Source of the DNA: Octopus sinensis
Lineage: Eukaryota
Direction: 5' to 3'
Length of the DNA stretch: 64,000 nucleotides
Assembly (NCBI RefSeq): GCF_006345805.1
Contig: NC_043015.1
Location: 39,556,001 to 39,620,000, forward strand
Part shown: piece by piece, positions 11,391 through 22,245 of the stretch
Layout of the letters: every line of letters begins with the position of its first letter
How positions within the stretch are numbered: position 1 is the first letter of the stretch
Made by a program: the position numbers and the translations under genes
The notes under the pieces: generated by a model
Database searches by the model: none
Told to the model about the DNA's origin: nothing
What the model saw: only the letters and a program-made list of their open reading frames with translations

Positions 11391-12111
11391 GCTGTTTAAT
11401 TGCAGCTAAACTTGGCCGGAAGTAAAATGCGGAGAGGAAATAATTATATACTTGTCACTTTTACATTTCACAGCAAAGAATTTGCTAACCTCTCTTTAAC
11501 AGACAACACCACACAACTAAATATTAACGATAACTTAAAATATTTCACTAAGATTTCTTCTATTCCAGTTGTGTGGTAAGGTGGTGGGGTAACGCCATAA
11601 AACACTCTCGGTTATAGTTTTGCCGTTAACTGGGGTTAAGTGGGGTATTTGATCTGTCTTGTTGCATAACAGATTAGCAGGGACCTAAAGGAAAACGATC
11701 GTATACCCTCAGCACATTCCTACACACGTACTCACAAATTTGAAATTAATTTAATCGTAAATAAAGCGGGATGGCCCTGTTGACTAAGAAAGCGCTTCCT
11801 CGTGGAGATTTAAAAACAAGTGTTTTCTCGTATTTAACCAGCAGTTTATCCTCTCAGTTAGATCGGTTAATAGGAATTGTTAATTGGGTTTTACGGAAGC
11901 AAAAATGATAGTGTGTAAACTGTGTGTGTGTGTGTGTTTGCCTTTAACGAAATTATTAAAAACGAATGGGGACAAAAAATAAGGGGTTTCGACTGCCCTT
12001 GACGGATTTAGGTTTGATGAGGCCCTCTCTAAACTACGCAAACCTTGGAAGCAACTTGTTGCAAAAATTTTGTCAGGTCTTACAAAACATAAAATAAAAA
12101 TGCGCCATTTT

Positions 12112-12278
12112 AAAGCCTAGCCAGGCTCATGGGCCCGGTTTCCCGGTTTCAATGGCGTATGTTTCCCAGCTGGACGGGTCGCCAGTCCATCGCAGCATTA
12201 CCCATTTTTGCCAGCTGAGTGGACAGAAGCAACGTGAAATGAAGTGTTTTGCTTAAGAACACAACGTGTTGCCCGATA
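12112..12278 (-). mobile_element. V-domain-like SINE fragment
   Basis: Minus strand reads GTTGTGTTCTTAAGCAAAACACTT...CACTCAGCTGGCAAAAATGGGTAATGCTGCGATGGACTGGCGACCCGTCCAG, recalled as typical of V-SINE central domains. Confidence 0.65.
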
Positions 12279-13060
12279 AGCATTTCGCCCGGCGTGCTAA
12301 CGTTTCTGCCAGATTGCCGCCTTACCATTCTGCAAATATTATAAGACATTTCCTCTCCTCCTCTCATTCACTTATATACCTGAAATATCTGTTTCGTATT
12401 AAAGACATGGAGCTGAGCCCTAGTTCTTATCGAGCTTTTTGTGATTGGTAAAAGGAAGAATTCATTTATGTTAATTAACCCCAAGAAGTTCCTGGCATTC
12501 TCTTTCTAGTAATCTTTGCCAATCGATGGAAAAGACGCCTGCCGAGCAAAGCAAAAACTATTGAAGAAAAAAATAAAAAAATCACTCACCCCTAATTCAC
12601 CAACATCTCTTAACATATAAAATTCCTCCAACTTAGGGTAGAATATTTTGGGAAACAAGAACTTCTTATACGATATGTCAATGCAATATTTCCCACAAAA
12701 ATATCGATAATGGACGATTATTTTCTCTAAAATATCGACTTATTGATGAACGTCTCTTAAATATTGGTTCGAAAGTAAGGCCCCCACCTTGACTGTGAGT
12801 TTCATATTGCAGCTGTTGTTTGATACTAAACGGGACGAGAAAGATGAAGAATGAGTTCTAATTTTAATTCCAAGTCATGTTTTTAATAATTTAGAACGTT
12901 GGTTCATTGGGGATGTGGAAGTTTGGGTTAAGATAGATTGCTGAGTGATTGACTGTGGTGGAGGATGGGATTAACGATACATGATGAGGTTACCAATGGT
13001 GGTGGTGGAGCTGTTCAGTAGGAGACAACTATAGTCAAATGAGAGAGTCATCAGTGATGA

Positions 13061-13495
13061 CAGATAACTAGGTCTGTACTAGTCAGATAACTAGGTCAGT
13101 ACTAGAGTCAGGTAATTAGGTCTGTACTAGAGTCAGATAGCTAGGTCAATACTAGAGTCAGATAACTAGGTCAGTACTAGTCAGATAACTAGGTCTGTAC
13201 TAGAGTCATATAACTAGGTTAGTACTAGTGTCAGATAACTAGGTCAATACTAGAGTCAGATAACCAGGTCACTACTAGAGTCAGGTAACTAGGTCAGTGC
13301 TAGAGCAAGATGACTAGGTCAGTATTTGAGTCTGACAACTTGGTCAATTCTAGAGTCAGGTAACTAAGTCAGTACTAGAGTAGGTAACTAGATGGTACTA
13401 GAGTCAGGTAATTAGGTCAGTACTACAGTCAGGTAACTAGGTCAGTACTAGAGTCAAATAACTAGATCAGTACTAGAGTCAGATAACTAGGTCAC
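13061..13495. repeat. Minisatellite, about 18 x 25-bp unit CAGATAACTAGGTCAGTACTAGAGT
   Basis: Contiguous diverged units of 23-26 bp with no spacers. Confidence 0.93.
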
Positions 13496-13903
13496 ATAAG
13501 TACATCATCAATAACTCGGTAACCATTGGGTAAGATCAGTGTGTATTCAATAAAGGTATATAATTAGATTAATATTGTCAGGTGTTTGTCTTTGGCTGCT
13601 AAGCTTAATCTGCCAGCTGGTTCAGTTCCACCACTCAGCGTCTTGGCTATCTTTGGTGGAGTCGATTGCGCTGCAAGCATTCCAGACTGGTTTACAATTT
13701 GCCGGTAACTTCCCCCCTCCCTTCATATCTTCCATCAGTCTCGAAGGCCCTATAACGATCTTGGGTACTGCCTTCTCTCCTCAATAAAATATTAGTTTCA
13801 AATTTTGGCACAAGGTCAGTAATTTCAGTAGGGCCTCAGTCGATTACATCGCCCCCAGAATTCAACTGGAACTTCCTCAATAAAGTATTGATATATCAGG
13901 AAA

Positions 13904-14299
13904 TCTTTATATATAAAAGTGAAGTTGTATGTCTGTCTCCTACGATTTAGATTCCTAACTACTCCCACATTTTGCGGTGCAGTGTAACCAAAAGCGGGTA
14001 TCTTATAGTCGTGATTCATATCGAGCCCTTCTGGGTATTAGCACGCATCTACGATGAGTCTACGATTAAAAAAAAAATTACCATAATTTTTTCCCATTTT
14101 TAATGCATTTTTTTGCTATTATATAAGGGAAGTAACTCTCTAAAAATGTATTATTAAATCTCAGAACGTAAAAAGCTACAGTAACACCCCCCCCTTTGTG
14201 GTTAGCCATATTGAGATGGCTATTATACTTTACATCTCTAAAAATGCTTATATAGTTATGTCCCTTACAAACCCGAGCAACGCCGGGCGATACTGCTAG
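13904..14299 (+). mobile_element. Non-autonomous Helitron
   Basis: 5' end A|TCTTTATATATAAAAG; 3' hairpin CCCGAGCAACGCCGGG followed by ...CTGCTAG. A homologous copy lies at 63056-63451. Confidence 0.82.
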
Positions 14300-14641
14300 C
14301 CGTCAGTAAAATGCCATTGCTATTGTTAATGGAGAGCTTTTCTAAAAGAGTTAATATTTCTTTTACCGTCAGATAGTTCCAGTTAGATCTAACCAATCCG
14401 AACAAAAGTTAATCTAAAACATGACATCCCATCATTTAATGTAATATGACATGATATCCCACACACCTATAATCACTGTCCTGTGCCTAAGGAAACCTAT
14501 CCTCTATGTTGCTGTAATACTCGCTTCTAAGACAGGCACAAAGCCTGACCACATTGCTGTTATATAACACGATATCACAAATCTGTACACATTGTCTTGT
14601 TTTTAGCAAATCAAGCAATCTTACTGAACATCTATGCACAT

Positions 14642-14807
14642 AGGCGCAGGAGTGGCTGTGTGGTAAGTAATTTGCTTACCAACCACATGGTTCCGGGTTC
14701 ATTCCCACTGCGTGGCACCTTGGGCAAGTGTCTTCTACTATAGTCTCAGGCCGACCAAAGCCTTGTGAATGGATTTGGTAGACGGAAACTGAAAGAATCC
14801 CGTCGTA

Positions 14808-14874
<67 letters not shown>

Positions 14875-15107
14875 TGTGTGTGTGTATGCGTGTATGTGTG
14901 TTTGTCCCCCCCCCAACATCGCTTGACAACCGATGCTGGTGTGTTTATGTTCCCGTAACTTAGCGGTTCGGCAAAAGTGACCGATAGAATAAGTACTAGG
15001 CTTGCAAAGAATAAGTCCAGGGGTCGATTTGCTCGACTAAAGTCGGTGCTCCAGCATGGCCGCAGTCAAATGACTGACACAAGTAAAAGAGTAGAAGAGT
15101 AAAAGAG
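14642..15107 (+). mobile_element. Full-length CORE-like SINE, family B
   Basis: tRNA-like head (TGGCTGTGTGGTAAG A-box, GGTTCATTCCC B-box), CCTTGGGCAAGTGTCTT core, internal TA/TG tract and (AAAAGAGT)n tail. Confidence 0.87.
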
Positions 15108-15457
15108 ATATATAGAGATACCGCAGTTTCAAAAACGCTTTCCAGTAGTTAACCACGACACAGACTTGGATTATTAAATACATGATATCTCACAGGCTTG
15201 AACCCACGGACGACGCTAATTAAAAACCTGATATCTCAGAGATATCTGTACATGCTGTCATAAGAAGAATAAACGTCGAAATGACCTCTGAAGTTGTGAC
15301 TTAGATACATACAATACTAATTGTCCTAGAAAAAATATAATTGGATTGTTTCTATTGTTACTATATTATTGAGTTGAACAATTACATCGTGATAGAGTCA
15401 TTGCAAACACTTGAAATGCACACAATCATTTTTATTCTGTTGTTGTTGTTGTTGTTG

Positions 15458-15504
<47 letters not shown>

Positions 15505-15960
15505 GAGTGAGAGGGCAGTTCATGCCATCAAAGTGACACTGGGGTAAAATATACGAAGCCCAATATACCCATCATGACTACCCGTCTGATAAAGGTACAC
15601 CAGGCACATGCATCACAACCATATGTGCGCGACATGGTGATCTCATATCAAGATAAACAGCACATGACCTTGCAGGTGGGGCCCAGTTAGAATTTTCTTC
15701 AGGTTGAGTAGCCCATCCGCTCAAACGGTCCTGAATAAGGGTTGTTTAAGGATGTTGAAAGAACCACCCATGTTTCCAGAGGTGAACTATTCAAACCCCA
15801 AGAATCCCTCTCAACACATGGCTATGATGCTCCTCCACTACTTCTGCTCGTGATCAGAGATGCACATATCGTCAGCCACTAAGGACATGCTCAACTGGTT
15901 AAGGTCAACCAACTGACAAGCAAATCTGTGGTATTGAGCAGAATATTTGCTGTAGCCCAT
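15505..15960 (-). mobile_element. Retroposon 3' segment (about 455 bp) with (AAT)n tail, copy 1
   Basis: Highly similar to 16038-16506 and bordered by an (ATT)n run at its minus-strand 3' end. The family assignment (possibly an R4/Dong-type 3' UTR) is inference. Confidence 0.65.
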
Positions 15961-15962
15961 CA

Positions 15963-16033
<71 letters not shown>

Positions 16034-16037
16034 TATT

Positions 16038-16506
16038 GAGGGAGAGAGCAGTGCATGCATCAAAGTGACACTGGGATAAAATATACGAAGCCCAGTATAC
16101 CGATCATGACTACCCCAGGCACATGCATCACAGCCATGTGTGCGTGACATGGTGATCTCATATCAAGATAAACATTGCATGACCTTGCAGGTGGGGCCCA
16201 GTTAGAATTTTCTTATGGTCGAGTAAACCATCCTGCTCAAAAGGTCCCTGAATAAGGGTTGTTTCAGGATGATGAACAAAACACCCATGTTTCCAGAGGT
16301 GAATTATTCAACCCCCAAAGAATCCCTCTCAACACATGGCCATGATGCTCCCCCACTACTTCTGCTCATGATCAGAGATGCACATATCGTCAGCCACTAA
16401 GGGACATGCTCAACTGGTTACGGTCAAACAACTGACAAGCAAATCCGTGGTATTGAGCAGAATATTTGCTGTGGCCCATCTTTTATACCAATACAAAACA
16501 ATGTAC
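16038..16506 (-). mobile_element. Retroposon 3' segment with (AAT)n tail, copy 2
   Basis: Tandem homolog of copy 1, flanked by ATT/AAT arrays on both sides. Confidence 0.65.
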
Positions 16507-16524
16507 TTATTATTATTATTATTA

Positions 16525-16637
<113 letters not shown>

Positions 16638-16910
16638 TTTTTAGATATATAGGTATGAAAGTACTCCACCAAGTTGTTGATATCGAATAAAAATCTTGTG
16701 CGGAAAGTCTTCCTGGGACTCAATCATTATATAACAGATCTTCATGTGCACGGTGGGCACCGAGAATCCAAGCAATGACCTGCATATTCCTTGTTAACAC
16801 CTTACGGCAGATTCGAACATAAATAGGCTAATCGCTGTGCATTCCGTCAGAGGAGAACAGCTTTTTCTTTCAGACGAATATGTGTACACACACTCGATTC
16901 ATTAGCTTAA

Positions 16911-16970
16911 GGAACTTTGCGACATTCAGTGTTTCGACATCTTTCTGTCTCGTCAGTCAACGATACTCCA
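16911..16970 (-). ncRNA. Candidate type I hammerhead ribozyme with canonical core
   Basis: Minus strand reads CUGACGA, stem II GACA/UGUC (loop GAAAGA), GAAA, stem III ACA/UGU (loop CUGAA) and a GUC cleavage triplet. Stem I is imperfect. Confidence 0.6.
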
Positions 16971-17065
16971 GATTAATTAATCTAACAGAAGGTTATGCAA
17001 GGTGTCTTTCGCTGACGAAACTCAGCTATGTCGAAAAAAACGGGTGTCTTGAAGTGCCCTTACGC

Positions 17066-17306
17066 GAAGGCGGCGAGCAGGCAGAAACGTTAGCATCCCG
17101 GGCGAAATGCTTAGTGGTATTTCGTCTGCCGCTACGTTCTGAGTTCAAATTCCGCCGAGGTCGACTTTATATTTCATCCTTTCGGGGTCGATAAATTAAG
17201 TACCTGTTGCGTACTGGGTCGATGTAATCGACCTAATCCCTTTGTCTGTCCTAGTTTGTCCCCTCTATGTTTAGCTCCTTGTGGCTAATAAAGAAATAAG
17301 AAATAA
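17066..17306 (+). mobile_element. Full-length family A SINE with 15-bp TSD
   Basis: GAAGTGCCCTTACGC occurs at 17051-17065 and 17307-17321. Head, B-box, body and (AAGAAAT)n tail are intact. Confidence 0.95.
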
Positions 17307-18220
17307 GAAGTGCCCTTACGCCAATCAATCGAGTGCTATTGAGAAACATACATTTCTCTGAAAGAAACTTTTCTCCTCTAATGAAACACGACAGCGATTA
17401 GACTATTCACGTTCGCATCTAGCAAACGTATTAAGAATGAATGTGCAAGCTATTGTATCCATTCTGTAATTCATAACATACTAGCTTTTAAGCTGTTGAC
17501 CCCGAATGGCAAGATCTGCAAACAGGTCGCTGACTTGTTTTTTGGAGAATTTGTTACAATTGCTTTCTCCAGAGTCATATCCCAACGATGATCATGTTCG
17601 TCGCCAAAAAATCCACCGAAAATAATCACTGGAATTCGCAATTAATTTCGATTATTCCCAAATTTCATTTCCAAGTTATAAAAATTGTTATCGTACAAAA
17701 AAATTCGTTGCAAAAAATCGCATAAAAAAATCGCCGTAAACAATCGCCGTAATGAAAACTTGGGAATCGGAGTCGGCCTGATTCCAAAATGGTTTGATAT
17801 GTTGAGCTACGGCCTCTAGGAGTAAAGTTGAAAAAGTGTGACACACTGACACACTGATATTTGCATTTATTATATTAGAAGAGTCATTGAATAGTGAGAA
17901 AGGGCTAAAGCATCAGAAATAGTAGAAATGTCACTGAATAGTGAGAGGGGGGTCGGAAAAATAAAGCGGAAAAAGTGACACACTGACACATGGATATTCG
18001 CTTTCGCATTTATTATTAGAGATGTGTATCTTACTATATTTACAAATGAGAAAAATGCATATAAAGGGTATTATCTACTATACTTTTATCGTCAATTATC
18101 TACCACAAAGCAATTATTTTAGTGCAATGAGGTTTTTGTCCCAACGCACGATCTTAGAGCAGATAACCAACTCAACACAGGCATTCGTGTGTGTATTAAT
18201 ATATATATATATATATTATA

Positions 18221-18256
<36 letters not shown>

Positions 18257-18329
18257 TGTATGTATGTATGTATGTATGTATGTATGTATGTATGTATGTA
18301 TGTGTGTGTGTGTATAAGTACATACATGT

Positions 18330-18422
18330 AATCTCCAGGGATACAGGCATCCAGCAACAGGACCTCCGTAATGCCATGATGGACCGTGAAGTCTGGCGTA
18401 GCATGGTAAATTCCATTGTCTC
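18330..18422 (+). mobile_element. Short RTE-like LINE C-terminal remnant
   Basis: ISRDTGIQQQDLRNAMMDREVWRSMV fits the DTG...L..AM.DR..WR..V RTE end. Confidence 0.55.
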
Positions 18423-18684
18423 ACATAATGCTTATTCAGAGAAGAAAGAACAACACCTATGACCCTTTAAAGGGCCTCTTGACCCTTTTCAAGATTGGTA
18501 CATATAAGAAAGTTATCTTCAGACCTGGCTTGAGTAGAGTAGGAGAGCAAACGGGACGCGATAGCCAAGGTTTTATGAGGGTTGGCGGTTCATCACCACC
18601 ACATGGATAACAAATTAAGTTTATCATGATGGGCTTATAGTTGTAACATGTGGCTTATAACTGCACCATTATAGATTATAAAAA

Positions 18685-19550
18685 GGTGGATAATGACGAA
18701 TTGAGAGTCAGATCCATCTCAATGTGTCCGTGAATTATCGATGTTGTTTGGTGTTAGGAAGCAAACAATATTGACTCACCTAGTTCAAATGGGTAAAGTT
18801 CCACATGAACTCAATGAAAATCAGAAACAGCAACGTTTGGAAGCCTGCATTATGCTACTTTCTCGTCACAAAAATGAATAATTTTTTAATGGAATTGTAA
18901 CGTGATGAGAAATCGACCCAATGCCACAACTGTAGAGGTTAACCATAATGGCTGGACAAAGACGAGCCACCAAAACACAATCCAAAAAGCATAATTCATG
19001 AAAAGAAGCTGATGGTGTGCTTTTGGTGGTCTGGCGCAGGTGTGATCCATTATGATTTCATTAAACCTGGCTCATCAATCACAGCCAAAGTATACTGCAG
19101 CCAGCTGGACCAAATGATACTTACAAAAAACAGCCTAGATTGGTCAACAGATCCACCGCTATTTTATTGCAAGACAACGCCAGACCACACATCGCAAAAA
19201 TGACATTGGCGAAACTACAGAAGTTGGAGATGGGAGTTCTCCATCATCCACCATACTCACCTGACATTGCTCCCACTCACTACCACTTCTTCCAGAATTT
19301 GAATAACTTTTTGATAGGGAAAAACAAAATTTAATTCCGACGATGCTGTAAAACAGGCCTTCCAAGATTTTATTGACTCAAGATTGCCAAGCTTTTACAG
19401 TTCCGGGCTGGACAAGTTACCGCTGAAATGGCAAAAGAGTATCGACAATATGGGTGCATATTTTGATGAATAAAACTATTCCTTGTATTTAAAAAAGATT
19501 AGCAAACCTTTTTTTTCTTTTCTACAAATTTCATACTTGACGGCCTAGTA
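18685..19550 (+). mobile_element. 5'-truncated decayed mariner
   Basis: Contains KVDNDELR, PHELNENQK, KKLMVCFWW, LLQDNARPH and HPPYSPDIAP motifs. The right TIR ...CAAATTTCATACTTGACGGCCTAG is followed by TA at 19549. Confidence 0.9.
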
Positions 19551-19714
19551 ATGATATCATCATCGTCATCAACAATAATAACAAGTATGTAGGCACAGGG
19601 TAGAAGTTAGTCGATTACATCAGCACAATATCTGACTAGTACTTCCTATACTAATATATACTCGTATATACCACCGTATACCAGTGCATACCAGCATATC
19701 ATTTGTACAATAGG

Positions 19715-19914
19715 CGCAAGGCCTGACATTTTATGGAAGGGGATAACCCGATTACATCGACCCCAGTGCTTGACTGCTACATATTTTCTCGACCCCTGAA
19801 AGGATGAAAGTTAAAGTCGACCTCGGCAGAATTTGAACTCAGAACGTAAAGACGGACGAAATGCCGCTAAACATTGTGCCTCGCGTGCTGACGATTCTGA
19901 CGGCTCGCTGCCTT
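19715..19914 (-). mobile_element. Family A SINE
   Basis: Reverse-complement family match. Flanked by near-identical TACCAGT(G/A)CATACCAGCATAT (about 19679 and 19921), a possible TSD. Confidence 0.82.
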
Positions 19915-20223
19915 AGCATATACCAGTACATACCAGCATATACCACTATGTTTCAGCACATGCGTTCTCAACCAGTGACCCATGCTTGGATCCCCCACAA
20001 CTGTTACATCGGCTACATTACACCAAGTAATACACCCATTGAGATATATAAAACAATAACGTAACATCAAGTGAGACACATCGCATGAAGCAAGGTGTGT
20101 GTGTGTGTGTGTGTGTGTTGTGTGTGTGATGTTGCACTTGTATCTAATCCTGTTTAAGAAGGGATAATGACATTTGTCAGAGAGATGAAGAAAAAGAAAA
20201 CGAGGTCAGGCGTTAATGATGAC

Positions 20224-20351
20224 TTAGATGATGATGATGATGATGACGATGATGAGGGTGATGATGATGATGACGATGATGATGATGATGATGACGATGA
20301 TGAGGGTGATGATGATGATGATGATGAGGGTGATGAAGATGATGATGAGGG

Positions 20352-20390
<39 letters not shown>

Positions 20391-20468
20391 GGGTGATGAT
20401 GATGATGATGATGATGAGGGTGATGATGATGATGACGATGATGATGATGATGATGACGATGATGAGGG

Positions 20469-20507
<39 letters not shown>

Positions 20508-20893
20508 CGATGATGATAATGATGACGATGATGATAATGATGACGATGATGAGGGTGATGATGATGATGATGACGATGATGAGGGTGATGATGATGATGA
20601 TGATGACGATGATGATGATGATGACGATGATGAGGGTGATGATGATGATGATGAGGGTGATGATGATGACGATGATGATAATGATGAGGGTGATGATGAT
20701 GAGGGGCATTGATGATGATGATGACTTTCATGATGATGATGATGACGACAACGATGATAGCGACGATGACGACGACGACGACGTTGTTGATGATGATGAT
20801 GAGAGCGATGACAGCGATGAAGATAAGGCAAATAATGACAAACATAATAATAATAATGATAATAATAATAATAACAACAACAACAACAAGAAC

Positions 20894-20927
<34 letters not shown>

Positions 20928-20930
20928 ATA
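20224..20930. repeat. (GAT)n microsatellite with periodic GAGGGT interruptions, then (AAT)/(AAC)/(AGC) runs
   Basis: Directly visible. A shorter related block lies at 21241-21390. Confidence 0.95.
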
Positions 20931-21389
20931 AGTGAGATGAGAGAGGTGTTAGTTTTCCGTTCTGTCCTGGTGGTGAAATCTTTTTCTACAAGGTAGCACT
21001 GTTGGCTGCCATGACCTGCAGGTAAATATTTTAATTAAGTGAAAACTATTTGCTGAACTAAATTGTTGAGAATGGAAGGCGACTGTTGCAGGTTAAAAGA
21101 CGACAGAGAAGCAGAGGGCTTTTTCTTTTTTTGATAAGTCTCATTAAAGTCTTTTGTTGAAATTTATTTCATAAAAACTGAAATATTTCGTTAAATCCTC
21201 CACATCAAATAAAACACTTCAACCCACAATAATGGGCTTGATGATGATGATGAGGGTGACGATGACGATGATGAGGGTGATGATGATGAGGAGGAGGAGG
21301 AGGAAGAGGGTGGTGATGATGATGATGATCATGAAGGTGATGATGATGGTGATGATGAAGGTGATGATGAGGGGCATGATGGTGATGAT

Positions 21390-21440
21390 GGTTAGGGTTA
21401 GGGTTTAGGGTTAAGGTTTAGGGTAAGGGTTTAGGGTTAC
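21390..21440 (+). repeat. Degenerate interstitial telomere-like (TTAGGG)n tract
   Basis: GGTTAGGGTTAGGGTTTAGGGTTAAGGTTTAGGGTAAGGGTTTAGGGTTAC, about 8 units. Confidence 0.75.
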
Positions 21441-21446
21441 GGTCAG

Positions 21447-21730
21447 TGAGTTCGATTCTAGGAGCAGGCTGTGTGTTGTGTTCTTGAGCAAGGCACTTCA
21501 TTTCACGTTGCTCCAGTTCAGTAAGTTGTAGAAATGAGTTGCGATGTCACTGGTGCCAAGCTGTTTCGACCCCTTTGCCTTTCCCTTGGCTAACATCGGT
21601 GACATGGAGAGGGAAGGCTGGTGTGCATGGGCGACTGCAGGTCTTCTGTAAACAACCTTGCTCGGACTTGTGCCTCGGAGGGTAACTTTCCGAGTGGAAT
21701 CCCATGGTTATTCGTGACCAAAGGGGATCC
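21447..21730 (+). mobile_element. V-domain-like SINE, 5' head truncated at the B-box
   Basis: GAGTTCGATTC B-box followed by GTTGTGTTCTTGAGCAAGGCACTTCATTTCACGTTGCTCCAGT, shared with 12112-12278. Confidence 0.6.
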
Positions 21731-21865
21731 ACATACATTGGTGTGATGGTGTCTCCTGCTTGACCATTGACGACCAGAAGTATGCATCAAGAGTTCGATC
21801 GGTGGTCAACGTATTTATCCAAACAGACACATACAGACTCCAATGAGTATTTGCTTCCAAGAGGG

Positions 21866-22245
21866 AAAGCACTCCGTCGGTTACGGCGACGAGGGTTCCG
21901 GTTGATCCGATCAACGGAACAGCCTGCTCGTGAAATTAACGAGTAAGTGGCTGAGCACTCCACAGACACGTGTACCTTTAACGTAGTTCTCGGGGATATT
22001 CAGCGTGACACAGAGAGTGACAAGGCCGGCCCTTTGAAACACAGGTACAACAGAAACAGGAAGTAAGAGTGAGAGAACGTTGTGGTGAAAGAGTACAGCA
22101 GGGATGACCACCATCCCTGCCGGAGCCTCGTGGAGCTTTAGATGTTTTCGCTCAATAAACACTCACAACGCCCGGTCTGGGAATCGAAACCGCGATCCTA
22201 CGACCGCGAGTCCGCTGCCCTAACCACTGGGCCATTGCGCCTCCA
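21866..22245 (-). mobile_element. tRNA-derived SINE, family C
   Basis: Minus-strand head GGAGGCGCAATGGCCCAGTGGTTAGGGCAGCGGACTCGCGGTCGTAGGATCGCGGTTTCGATTCCC. Its 3' domain recurs at about 29378-29452 and 47005-47150. Confidence 0.8.

Noticed and set aside
13061-13495. CRISPR-like appearance of periodic repeats (also 41634-41752 and 61362-61695)
   Set aside because: Units are contiguous with no unique spacers, there are no cas genes, and the context is eukaryotic.
17833-18023. Duplicated GACACACTGACAC...ATTTATTAT motif resembling Helitron 5' ends
   Set aside because: No matching 3' hairpin/CTRR end was found, so it is too weak to call.
22170-22245. Functional tRNA gene
   Set aside because: A- and B-boxes are present, but the acceptor and anticodon stems do not pair and the sequence continues into a repeat body; it is a SINE head.
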